Assembly: GCA_017991635.1 (NCBI GenBank)
Contig: JAGOQE010000001.1
Location: forward strand, 65,008 to 129,007
From: Minisyncoccota bacterium
Lineage (GTDB): Bacteria > Patescibacteriota > Minisyncoccia > Phycocordibacterales > Phycocordibacteraceae
DNA length: 64,000 nt
Reading direction: 5' to 3'
Each line of letters starts with the position of its first letter. Position 1 is the first letter of the stretch. Of this stretch, positions 50,214 through 58,271 are shown one piece after another. The position numbers were made by a program, and so were the translations under genes. The notes under the pieces are model-generated. The model searched no databases and was not told the DNA's origin. It saw nothing but the letters and a program-made list of their open reading frames with translations.

Positions 50214-50810
50214 GACTTTTCCTTTCTTGAGGAGACGGGAATCCTGCCGGCTTTAACGTCTTCAAGGAAATCCCTAAAGGCAAGACGTGCGGTATTTACT
50301 GCAGCGCGGACACCCTTTGGAACCTTGCAGAAATACACGTACCTTGAGGAAGTGGTGTATTTCTTCAGACGCTCAGCCGACTCTCGAAGATCTGCCTCAA
50401 GCTTTTGAAGCTTGCAGGCATCCGAAATTGGTCTCGTAGAGTCTGGCGCGTAAAGCGCTGGAATCACGAGCATATTTGCTAGCTCTGCGAGTCTCTCGAG
50501 GTCTCGGAACACAGCGAAGGTTGTTTGAAACGGTGTATCTTCATACAGCATGAGTAGCTTCCCTATCAGCCCACGAACCATTTCACGGGCTGAATAGAGT
50601 GGGTAAGCTTGTGACTTACCCTCCGCACCACCGATCGAGAAACTCGTCGGCCGCCTCCGGGGAGACATTGCGCGCGAGGTAAAGCGCGTGTGCGAGAGCC
50701 TCTTTATCGGAGAGGCGTCCGGCCGGCCGGGGCGGGGTGAGGGGTTTGAAACCCTCGGTCCACGAATGGACACCTACGACTCGGCCCGTAGGATTTTTTA
50801 TAATATGCAT
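50210..50810 (-). pseudogene. frameshifted gene (about 200 aa if restored), hypothetical
   Basis: ORF 50616..50810 (protein-like) ends at GGAGGGTAA; ORF 50210..50773 continues in the +1 frame from the same region and its own N-terminus is Pro/Arg-rich junk. Confidence 0.35.
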
Positions 50811-51114
50811 GGTGTTTCTCCTGTTGCACCTTGAAATCGTTTCTTTCTTTGACCTCTGTCAGGCCACATCACAAAGACGACTCTACGCAACAGAAGAGAG
50901 TCCTGAACGTTACGTGTGGGCACTAATCCACACGTAACGTTCTTTTGCAGATTTGAGAGGTGGATCATGACTCCACATCCTACTCACTGCCTAGCACGGA
51001 TCTTGCTAGTAAGCTCTGTCAGTCCGCAAATTGCTTTCCGGACTGAATAGAGAGGAGGACATTGCCAGTGTCCTCCTTGGTGATTTCTGTTGCCAGGTTC
51101 ACCAACCCCGAATC

Positions 51115-51480
51115 CTATTCAAACGCGCCGATGAAGCCGAGATGGCGGAAGATTTGCGTCTTCCTCACACCTCCCTGCCCGTCCGGTTCCTCGACACTCA
51201 CCCGTTGGGCGAATGCGTGGTCCGGTTGGACTTCCGACCTCATGAGCACTCTCTCGAGTGGACTCATGAAGAACGGAGCTCCCCCGATCATGGCGCGAGA
51301 TGCGCCATGCCGCTTGGCGACTTCCGCAAGAGCACGAGCCCTCGCGAAAACCTCCTCACGGGTGGGCAGGGTGTCGAACGTCAGCAGGCGCTGAACGTCC
51401 GACTTGTCCGCAGGCTCAAACACGCCGGCGGCGATTTGATCGGCCGTGGCAGCATGCTGCGTCAGGTTGAGAATGTTCAT
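51115..51480 (-). CDS. hypothetical protein (121 aa), GC-rich
   Basis: ORF; the long opposite-strand ORF 51031..51519 is judged a GC artefact. Confidence 0.4.
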   Translation of the reverse strand: MNILNLTQHAATADQIAAGVFEPADKSDVQRLLTFDTLPTREEVFARARALAEVAKRHGASRAMIGGAPFFMSPLERVLMRSEVQPDHAFAQRVSVEEPDGQGGVRKTQIFRHLGFIGAFE

Positions 51481-51645
51481 GTCTTATGCCTCTTTGGCGT
51501 TGACTTCCTATGTATATAATAGCACAATTCAGGACTGTGTCAATCACTGTAATTGTAATCTGACACTGTTTGAGTTACTTTTTATGTCATGTGTGCTATA
51601 TTTTAAAAGTATTTCTGCTTGCCTCTCCATTTTGTAAACAACTTC

Positions 51646-52455
51646 ATGACACCAAATTTTGACAGCTTACACGCACACGCACTTACAGGAGCTGGCCTAA
51701 CGCAAGAACAGGCACACGTATACGAGCTTCTTTTGAAACGTGGTCCTCGCCAGGCAGGACAGCTTCCCCGTACGCTCGGACTCTCAAGACCTTATGTATA
51801 TAAATTGCTGTCTGAGCTTGAAGGATTGGGGCTTGTCACCAAGGAAGAACCTCCTGGCAAGCCGGCTCAGTTTGTTCCAGCTCACCCTTTCGCTATTCAA
51901 GAGCTTATTCGCAAGCGGCAATCTGAGCTTTCCGTCACTGACCAGACCATTAAAGCGGTAATGAGTTCTCTCATCTCTGACTACTCGACCTCCTCGCGAA
52001 CTCCCGGCGTACGCATTATTCCAGGAATTGAGGGTATACAAGAGCTCTATCAAGACATCCTCCAGGAAGGGAAACCTGTTTCTTTACTTCGCTCAGTACG
52101 AGACGACGACACACCAGAACTTCTTGAACTTGTTCTTGAACAAATAAAAAAGCAAGTCAAACGCGGCATTACAGCAAGAATTTTGAGTCCACTTCCAACT
52201 GACATATCGCTTCCTGCACTTTACGAGAGAGACAAGGAACGTTTAACTGCGCGAAAGACCATAGATAGAGAGCGTTTCACACTTCCTGCTCAAATTATTA
52301 TGTATGGTGATAAAACAGGAATTACCGCATACCAGGAAACACACATGACCACAATCATTGAGAACACTGCAATCACTGCAACGTTTCGTGCTGTTTTTGA
52401 AATACTATGGACAAGTGTTGGTGTTGATCCCTATGACACAAATACGAAAGCATGA
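51646..52455 (+). CDS. TrmB-family winged-helix transcriptional regulator
   Basis: LTQEQAHVYELLLKRGPRQAGQLPRTLGLSRPYVYKLLSELEGLGLVT. Confidence 0.55.
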   Translation: MTPNFDSLHAHALTGAGLTQEQAHVYELLLKRGPRQAGQLPRTLGLSRPYVYKLLSELEGLGLVTKEEPPGKPAQFVPAHPFAIQELIRKRQSELSVTDQTIKAVMSSLISDYSTSSRTPGVRIIPGIEGIQELYQDILQEGKPVSLLRSVRDDDTPELLELVLEQIKKQVKRGITARILSPLPTDISLPALYERDKERLTARKTIDRERFTLPAQIIMYGDKTGITAYQETHMTTIIENTAITATFRAVFEILWTSVGVDPYDTNTKA

Positions 52456-52462
52456 TTAATTA

Positions 52463-52505
52463 CATCGAACGACCCATAGCTCACGCGGGGTCGTTTTGCT
52501 TTATA
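52463..52505 (+). repeat. 43-bp direct repeat, copy 2
   Basis: Identical to 49749-49791. Confidence 0.8.
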
Positions 52506-52514
52506 CTGTCGAAG

Positions 52515-53312
52515 ATGGAAGGACTTCCCCGCAAAGAAAAAATGGTTTCAAGAAGTGAAACGTGGGTAGAACGCACTGAGAAACCTATCAGTAAAGACTT
52601 CTTTAGGTTGCAGCATGATTTTGCACTCACTCTTGCAAGCCAAGATGGCATTTCAAAAGCACGGTCGCTCAAGAGATTTGCTCCGTTTGTGTTTAAGAAC
52701 CTGTTTACACTCGACACTGATGCAGGCACATGGAAGAAGCTCCCTGGAGTCAGTCTTGATAGCGCTCTTGATACTGCGTACGAGAACTATCTGAAGAAAG
52801 TAGATACGGAGCCAGTTCCCTACAACGAAGGAACGCGTTTCGGGTGCTCAAGCTACACCTACGATGAAGACAAGAAAGCTGCATGGGTTCATTTTGTAAA
52901 TGCTGAATACGATGAAACAGGCCCTCTAGACCGTTCAAAAATTTCATTACGAAGACAGGAAGTCGCTGATGTAGTGCGTAGCTTGAAAGAACGGTACCCC
53001 GACGTGGAGACCATTAATGGAAATTCTTGGCTCTACAGCCTTGAAGCCTATAGAAGAATCTATCCTGAAGAGTACACAAGAACGCTAACGCCCGACCTGC
53101 GTAAGGTGGTGTGGCAACAAGGCACGCGTATGTGGGGACAATTTTTAACTAGTGAAGGAACGGTGAAAACGGAGCTTGCTGATGTGTTGCTCTCACGCGC
53201 AAAGACACTTCCTAAAGATGCGTTTTTGTTTAGTCTACTCACTGACCCACTCACCCCTCCTTTGAGAGTATCTGCACCAGCTGAAGTGTTTTGTAGGGAG
53301 TACGGAGTTTAG
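52515..53312 (+). CDS. hypothetical protein
   Basis: Start set at MEGLPRKEK, downstream of the repeat; the ORF track start at 52452 reads through the repeat. Confidence 0.45.
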   Translation: MEGLPRKEKMVSRSETWVERTEKPISKDFFRLQHDFALTLASQDGISKARSLKRFAPFVFKNLFTLDTDAGTWKKLPGVSLDSALDTAYENYLKKVDTEPVPYNEGTRFGCSSYTYDEDKKAAWVHFVNAEYDETGPLDRSKISLRRQEVADVVRSLKERYPDVETINGNSWLYSLEAYRRIYPEEYTRTLTPDLRKVVWQQGTRMWGQFLTSEGTVKTELADVLLSRAKTLPKDAFLFSLLTDPLTPPLRVSAPAEVFCREYGV

Positions 53313-53476
53313 TGCGGGATAGGAGAAGTTCCGCTTCTCTAACTCGTGACGACACAAGTGGAATTGGTGCCGGTTCCGGCTTTGACCAATTTCCAAGGAG
53401 TGAAACGACTATGAAAATGGAAACACCCTTGTGGTGCGATTCTCCACGGACAGTGCACAGGCACTGTCCTTATCCC
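53312..53476 (-). ncRNA. tRNA-acceptor-mimicking structured element E1 (about 165 nt)
   Basis: Minus strand begins TGCGGGATAA then 9-bp hairpin GGACAGTGC-CTGT-GCACTGTCC; ends hairpin GAGAAG-CGGAA-CTTCTC then CTATCCCGCA, matching both acceptor-stem strands of the adjacent tRNA-Gly(UCC); not foldable as a tRNA. Confidence 0.35.
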
Positions 53477-53515
53477 GCAAACAACAAAAGCCCCTTGTGG
53501 GGCCTTTGTTTCGTG

Positions 53516-53586
53516 TGCGGGATAGGAGAATCGAACTCCTGCTCACAGTTTGGAAAACTGTTGTTCTACCATTAAACTAATCCCGC
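53516..53586 (-). tRNA. tRNA-Gly (anticodon UCC)
   Basis: Revcomp GCGGGATTAGTTTAATGGTAGAACAACAGTTTTCCAAACTGTGAGCAGGAGTTCGATTCTCCTATCCCGCA; 7-bp acceptor, D-arm, anticodon loop TTTCCAA, T-loop TTCGATT; no encoded CCA. Confidence 0.8.
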
Positions 53587-53671
53587 GTGTTTCGGAGAAT
53601 ACCATACTTCACCCCATTTCGTCTAAGGGTCCTCTACTGACTTTTTCCCCACTCTCACGTACCATTCCCCT

Positions 53672-54913
53672 ATGAATGAACGATTCTCTGCCTACGCAGG
53701 TATGGGTGCTGCTCTCGTTGCAGTCGCGCTTATTGTGGTTATATTCTTTTCCCCGGCAAAGCCTGAGCCTATCGGACCTATTGAAGTTGCCACCCTGGAA
53801 ACCGTTTCAACTCCGAAGAACTTTTCTGACCAATTGGAAGGACTCATTCCTGAGTCATTCACAGCATCTTCAACATCATTTGAAGAACTGTTTGTTGAAC
53901 CTATCGTTAATCCAGGCAAAAAGCCCTCCCCAGCAAAGCCTGAGGCCAAGACAGCCCCTGAAGCGACAGCACCTGTACTTACCCCACCTACTGTCACAAC
54001 ACCGAGAGCTGAAGTCATTAAAGAAGAAGTTGTCCCAGTAGCAACACCAAAAACTCCAGAACCTGAGGAGGAAGAACCTGTTGCGGCGCTCTCAGTGCAA
54101 GACGCGAGTGTAAACATTCTCTGCTCTGCAAAGGACAAATCCCTGCCATCTGTTTCAGGAAGCGGTGTAATCATTGACTCAAGCGGTGTCATCATTACTG
54201 TTGCACACATTGCTCAGCTTTTTTTGCTTGAAGATTATCCCAAGGAAGACAATGTCACTTGCGCCATTCGCACAGGAAGTCCTGCCAAAAATGCTTATTC
54301 AGCAAAGCTCATATATATTTCTCAAAACTGGGTAAAAAATAATCCAAACACGCTCACTGTCACTAACCCTTCAGGCACCGGAGAATACGATGTTGCACTG
54401 CTTGTGATTACCGGCTCACTCACCAGCACTCCCCTGCCAAAATCCTTCCCTGCCGTACCCCTCACACACAAAGACCCGAAGAAAGAAGAGTCAGCGATTA
54501 TTGGAGCATATGGCGCGCAGACACTTTCTTCAAAAGAAGTGCGTGACTCTCTAAATGAAATTATGGTGGGAACAACCGTTAAGAAGCTCTTCACCTTTGG
54601 CGATCACACCTACGACCTCATTTCTTTTGGTGGGAACGAAGCTGCGCAGAGTGGCTCGTCTGGAGGTGGTGTCGTGAATCTCTCAGGTGAGGTTATTGCT
54701 ATCATCACCACAAGCACTATTAAAGGCGACTTTGCCACAAGAAACGTGAGCGGAATCACACCAAACTACATTAGGAGAATTTTCACTCAAGAGACCGGAA
54801 AGAATTTGGATAGCTACATCACAAGCGCATCCCCTGCATCCCTTGCGAGTGCTTTTGCTGAGGACGCTAAAGAGCTCGCTAATGTCATTATCCAGGTAAT
54901 TGAAAAAGACTAG
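53672..54913 (+). CDS. trypsin-like (S1) serine protease, membrane-anchored
   Basis: N-terminal TM; SGSGVIIDSSGVIITVAHIA (His) and GSSGGGVVNLSGEVIAIITT (Ser) motifs; Pro/Thr-rich linker. Confidence 0.7.
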   Translation: MNERFSAYAGMGAALVAVALIVVIFFSPAKPEPIGPIEVATLETVSTPKNFSDQLEGLIPESFTASSTSFEELFVEPIVNPGKKPSPAKPEAKTAPEATAPVLTPPTVTTPRAEVIKEEVVPVATPKTPEPEEEEPVAALSVQDASVNILCSAKDKSLPSVSGSGVIIDSSGVIITVAHIAQLFLLEDYPKEDNVTCAIRTGSPAKNAYSAKLIYISQNWVKNNPNTLTVTNPSGTGEYDVALLVITGSLTSTPLPKSFPAVPLTHKDPKKEESAIIGAYGAQTLSSKEVRDSLNEIMVGTTVKKLFTFGDHTYDLISFGGNEAAQSGSSGGGVVNLSGEVIAIITTSTIKGDFATRNVSGITPNYIRRIFTQETGKNLDSYITSASPASLASAFAEDAKELANVIIQVIEKD

Positions 54914-54930
54914 GTTTCCCTAGTCTTTTT
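54903..54930 (+). terminator. rho-independent terminator
   Basis: aaaaagactaggtttccctagtcttttt. Confidence 0.6.
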
Positions 54931-54951
54931 CAATCTCTCACATTTAGGTAG

Positions 54952-55022
54952 TCGGGGTGCAGAGAATTGAACTCTGTCATCATCCTCCCAAAGGATGCGT
55001 ACTACCGGTATACGACACCCCG
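54952..55022 (-). tRNA. tRNA-Pro (anticodon UGG)
   Basis: Revcomp CGGGGTGTCGTATACCGGTAGTACGCATCCTTTGGGAGGATGATGACAGAGTTCAATTCTCTGCACCCCGA; C1-G72 pair typical of tRNA-Pro; anticodon loop TTTGGGA. Confidence 0.7.
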
Positions 55023-55042
55023 GTTCAGGCATACTACCAGAT

Positions 55043-55438
55043 TTATAGAATTTGTGGGAGATGTACAACCAAGGACTCAAAATCCCGCTTTCGGAGCCAG
55101 ACCAAAACAGCATCTACCTGAATATCACCTTCAAAATCTATTGAGGCCGAATACCACTCAAGCGTCCTCCCCACCCTTCTAATCTTTGCCTCATGCAGGT
55201 TTGCTGACGGATCATACCTGTCCTTTACCTCCCCCTCTCTTGGCAGTTCGTTCACAAGGATCGTCTTTACTTCAACAGCGATAAGAACTCCCTGCTTCTT
55301 GGCCACAATATCTAGTTCACCCGTTTTTCGAGCTACGTTTCGCGCAACAATGGTGTATCCGTGCGCACGAAGCCAGTCAGAAGCAAGCGCTTCTCCCCTA
55401 TTTCCAATGTCTTTACGTGAATAATCGACAGGTTCCAC
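55043..55438 (-). CDS. YraN-family (UPF0102) endonuclease-like protein
   Basis: GEALASDWLRAHGYTIVARNVARKTGELDIVA...LIAVEVKT. Confidence 0.75.
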   Translation of the reverse strand: MEPVDYSRKDIGNRGEALASDWLRAHGYTIVARNVARKTGELDIVAKKQGVLIAVEVKTILVNELPREGEVKDRYDPSANLHEAKIRRVGRTLEWYSASIDFEGDIQVDAVLVWLRKRDFESLVVHLPQIL

Positions 55439-55596
55439 GGCTTTTACTATTGTGGCGTATTTACTAGGTATTTTACAGACAGAAGGTGTGTACTACCCAT
55501 AAAGACACGTCCTTTATCCCCACTACCCCCAGGGTTGTCCACAGTTATTCACACGTTGACCGAGAGGAGTTTTTGGGAGGATTGGCGGACAGGCAG

Positions 55597-55817
55597 GAGA
55601 GGATAGGGAGAAGTTCCCGATTTCTAACTCGCTACGCTCGTAACAAATCTAGGTCACGCATCGGTCACCCGATTTGTTCGTCGTCACTCACAAACCGCTC
55701 GACGCCGGGAAACGGTTTTGCTTGCTAGCAAAACAGCCGTTTCCCTTTCGCACCCCTCCGGGTATTCCGATGCATCATTCTCCACGGACAGTGCGCAGGC
55801 ACTGTCCTCTATCCGCA
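55597..55817 (-). ncRNA. tRNA-acceptor-mimicking structured element E2 (about 220 nt), homologous to E1
   Basis: Minus strand begins TGCGGATAGA then GGACAGTGC-CTGC-GCACTGTCC-GTGGAGAAT (as E1); ends ...GAGTTAGAAATCGGGAACTTCTCCCTATCC; termini match tRNA-Gly(GCC) acceptor strands. Confidence 0.35.
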
Positions 55818-55833
55818 CACGATTTTTAACGCA

Positions 55834-55857
55834 AAAGAGCGCTTTCGCGCTCTTTTG
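55834..55857. terminator. hairpin between tRNA-Gly(GCC) and E2
   Basis: aaaagagcgctttcgcgctctttt. Confidence 0.55.
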
Positions 55858-55867
55858 CTGAATCGTG

Positions 55868-55938
55868 TGCGGATAGGGAGAATCGAACTCCCGACTGGTC
55901 CTTGGCAAGGACCCGTTTTACCACTAAACCATATCCGC
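55868..55938 (-). tRNA. tRNA-Gly (anticodon GCC)
   Basis: Revcomp GCGGATATGGTTTAGTGGTAAAACGGGTCCTTGCCAAGGACCAGTCGGGAGTTCGATTCTCCCTATCCGCA; canonical cloverleaf. Confidence 0.8.
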
Positions 55939-55985
55939 TAACCGAGGCATCATAGCACAAACCATTATAATCTTTCCAGTGAATT

Positions 55986-56125
55986 GTGCCCCTCCCAGGA
56001 CCGCGATTACGCTTCTCGGTCATTACATGACCAGTACACCTTACGGGCAGTACTCGCTTCGCTTCATCCTGCGCTCGTAAGGTTTTCGAGTCCTGTACGC
56101 ACGCTCCCCGAGCGTGCTGAGGAGC
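55986..56125 (-). ncRNA. tRNA-acceptor-mimicking element E3 (about 140 nt)
   Basis: Minus strand begins GCTCCTCAG then hairpin CACGCTC-GGG-GAGCGTG; ends hairpin GACCG...CGGTC then CTGGGAGGGGCA; 5' GCTCCTC pairs fully (with G-U) with 3' GAGGGGC, matching the adjacent tRNA-Arg acceptor; the 3' 14 nt are identical to the tRNA-Arg 3' end. Confidence 0.3.
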
Positions 56126-56150
56126 ACATTAATGCGCTCCGCTTTTAATG

Positions 56151-56222
56151 TGCCCCTCCCAGGACTCGAACCTAGAATGACTGTTCCGAAGACAGTAGTG
56201 ATATCCATTTCACCAAAGGGGC
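56151..56222 (-). tRNA. tRNA-Arg (anticodon UCG)
   Basis: Revcomp GCCCCTTTGGTGAAATGGATATCACTACTGTCTTCGGAACAGTCATTCTAGGTTCGAGTCCTGGGAGGGGCA; anticodon loop CTTCGGA. Confidence 0.75.
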
Positions 56223-56294
56223 ATCTGCGCACCAATACATTACGAGAATACTACGTCACTAGGAGAATGACCACCCTCATACTAGTATTTCAAT

Positions 56295-57758
56295 ATGAAA
56301 TTTGAGGTGCCTATCGAAGTTAAAACAGTGTCTGAAGCACTCCGCCGTGAAGGCTTTGACGCCTATCTAGTTGGGGGCTGTGTGCGCGACCTCCTTATCG
56401 GAAGAGCTCCCAAGGATTGGGATGTGACCACAAACGCCAAGCCAGAAGATATTCAGAGAATCTTCCCTGATTCCTTCTATGAGAATGATTTTGGCACTGT
56501 AGGCGTCAAAACTGGCTCAGAAGACGCGAAACTTGCCATAGTTGAGGTAACACCCTACCGAACTGAAACTGGGTACTCAGACAAGCGCAGGCCGGATAGT
56601 GTTTCCTTTGGAGAATCCCTTGAAGAAGATCTTGCCCGAAGAGACTTCACTATTAACGCCATTGCCTACGATGAGTCTAAAGGACAATTAGTAGACCCTT
56701 ATAAAGGACAAAAGGACATTGAGCACAAAGTGTTGAGAACTGTAGGTTCCCCTACCCTACGCTTTGAGGAGGACGCGCTTCGACTCATGCGCGCAGTGCG
56801 TCTTGTTGCTGAACTTAGTTTTGCCCTTGATGCTGAGACTGCAGCGGGGATTCAAGAGAAAGCATCTAACTTGAGCCATGTTTCACGTGAAAGAGTTCGT
56901 GACGAGCTGGTGCGTATCTTGAACTCCAAGGAGCCAATGGCTTCCCTCACCCTAGCTCAGCAGTTGGGACTCTTGGTCTACATATCTCCTGAACTTCCTC
57001 GTGGTATCGGAATTGAGCAAAACCAGGCTCACAGCTTTGACGTATTTGGGCACCTCATGCGTTCTCTTCAGCACGCTGCGGATAAGGATTGGCCTTTTGA
57101 AATTCGCCTTGCCGCTCTATTTCACGACATTTCTAAGCCTGAAACACGTAGATGGGCGCCAGAGAAGAATGACTGGACATTTCATGGCCACGAAGTAGTT
57201 GGAGCTAGAGTGACCCGCAAAGCTCTAGAGGACCTTAAGTTTTCACGTGAAACTATTGAGAGAGTGAGCAAACTAGTGCGCTGGCACATGTTTTTCTCTG
57301 ATCCAGACCAAATCACCCTTTCAGCGGTGCGTAGGATGATTCAAAATGTTGGCGAGGAAAACATTTGGGACCTTCTAAACCTCCGTATTTGTGACCGAAT
57401 TGGCACAGGACGTCCAAAGGAACAGCCGTTTCGCTTTAGAAAGTACAAAGCAATGGTGGAACAAGCGCTTAGAGACCCTATTTCCGTACAAATGCTCAAT
57501 ACCGATGGCTCACGCATCATGGAGCAGTTTCATGTGAAACCAGGACCTCGATTGGGCTGGACTCTCAACGCCCTCTTGGAAGAAGTTCTAGAGGACCCCA
57601 GAAAGAACACTATTGACTGGCTGGACGAACGAACCAAGGAGCTTCTTGAACTTTCGGATGAGGAACTTAAGGAACTTGGAGATTCTGGAAGAAAAAAGAA
57701 GGAAGAGGCGGAAGAGGCGGAAATAAAGAAGATACTTAGTAAACACAACGTTGTATAA
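56295..57758 (+). CDS. cca: CCA-adding tRNA nucleotidyltransferase with HD domain
   Basis: LVGGCVRDLLIGRAPKDWDVTT...RRDFTINAIA head domain; HD motif LAALFHDISKP. Confidence 0.85.
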   Translation: MKFEVPIEVKTVSEALRREGFDAYLVGGCVRDLLIGRAPKDWDVTTNAKPEDIQRIFPDSFYENDFGTVGVKTGSEDAKLAIVEVTPYRTETGYSDKRRPDSVSFGESLEEDLARRDFTINAIAYDESKGQLVDPYKGQKDIEHKVLRTVGSPTLRFEEDALRLMRAVRLVAELSFALDAETAAGIQEKASNLSHVSRERVRDELVRILNSKEPMASLTLAQQLGLLVYISPELPRGIGIEQNQAHSFDVFGHLMRSLQHAADKDWPFEIRLAALFHDISKPETRRWAPEKNDWTFHGHEVVGARVTRKALEDLKFSRETIERVSKLVRWHMFFSDPDQITLSAVRRMIQNVGEENIWDLLNLRICDRIGTGRPKEQPFRFRKYKAMVEQALRDPISVQMLNTDGSRIMEQFHVKPGPRLGWTLNALLEEVLEDPRKNTIDWLDERTKELLELSDEELKELGDSGRKKKEEAEEAEIKKILSKHNVV

Positions 57759-57778
57759 GAAAGGCCCCAAAAGGGGCT

Positions 57779-58026
57779 TTTCACGTGAAACACGCCTAAA
57801 ATGGCTTATTTGCTTACTTATAGATGTTTCACATGAAACGATCAGGTATTTGTTGTTCCACATGAAACAATAAATACGGCCTATAATATGAGTTTCACGT
57901 GAAAAGTATTAAAAAACCGCCTAGACGGGTATTTTGGAAAGCGGAAAAGGGAGCGAGGGCAAATGTTGGTGCTTTCCAGGAGAAATTTCGTCCTGGCGGT
58001 TTTTATGTGGCGTTTCGCATGAAACT
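57779..58026. repeat. array of 5 palindromic 12-mers TTTCAC(G/A)TGAAA in a convergent intergenic region
   Basis: Copies at 57779-57791 (perfect), 57827-57840, 57856-57869, 57893-57906 (perfect), 58013-58026; two further perfect copies inside cca at 56880-56893 and 57239-57253. Confidence 0.7.
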
Positions 58027-58271
58027 ATTCCGACCCCTCGTATGTTTGTTGGGGATACGCCCCGATTTCGTAGGGCGGGATAGTAAGGAATGCTAGACGC
58101 GAATGATGTGAAAGAGCAAGAAAGAGCTTCGTTTTCGAACTCCAGTGGAGACCCTCTCCCGAGTACTTCTCCCTGGTCTCTACGTATAGTACTCCCTCTA
58201 GGACAAGCGTAAAGGACACTATGTGGATAAGTGTCCTTTACGCTTGTCCTATATATTCTAAGCCTTTTATT

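Noticed and set aside
53312-53476. E1 as tmRNA or an intron-containing tRNA
   Set aside because: It is too short for tmRNA and has no tag-peptide ORF ending in ..AA. No D-arm or anticodon-arm can be formed, and there is no group-I intron size or structure.
53312-53575. ORF 53312..53575 (+, 87 aa)
   Set aside because: It overlaps E1 and the tRNA-Gly gene and gives a Cys/Arg/Ser-rich junk translation, so it is spurious.
53516-53586. Initial reading of this tRNA as tRNA-Trp (anticodon CCA)
   Set aside because: That reading needs a shifted anticodon stem (CAGTT/AACTG), which leaves a 5-nt loop or 2 nt between the D and anticodon stems. The canonical fold (stem ACAGT/ACTGT, loop TTTCCAA) gives anticodon UCC, so this is tRNA-Gly.
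57779-58026. Replication origin (DnaA-box cluster)
   Set aside because: The best matches to TTATCCACA are only 6-7/9 (TGTTCCACA). There is no dnaA or dnaN nearby and no obvious AT-rich unwinding element. The operator-array or repeat interpretation is preferred, but the origin idea is not fully excluded.
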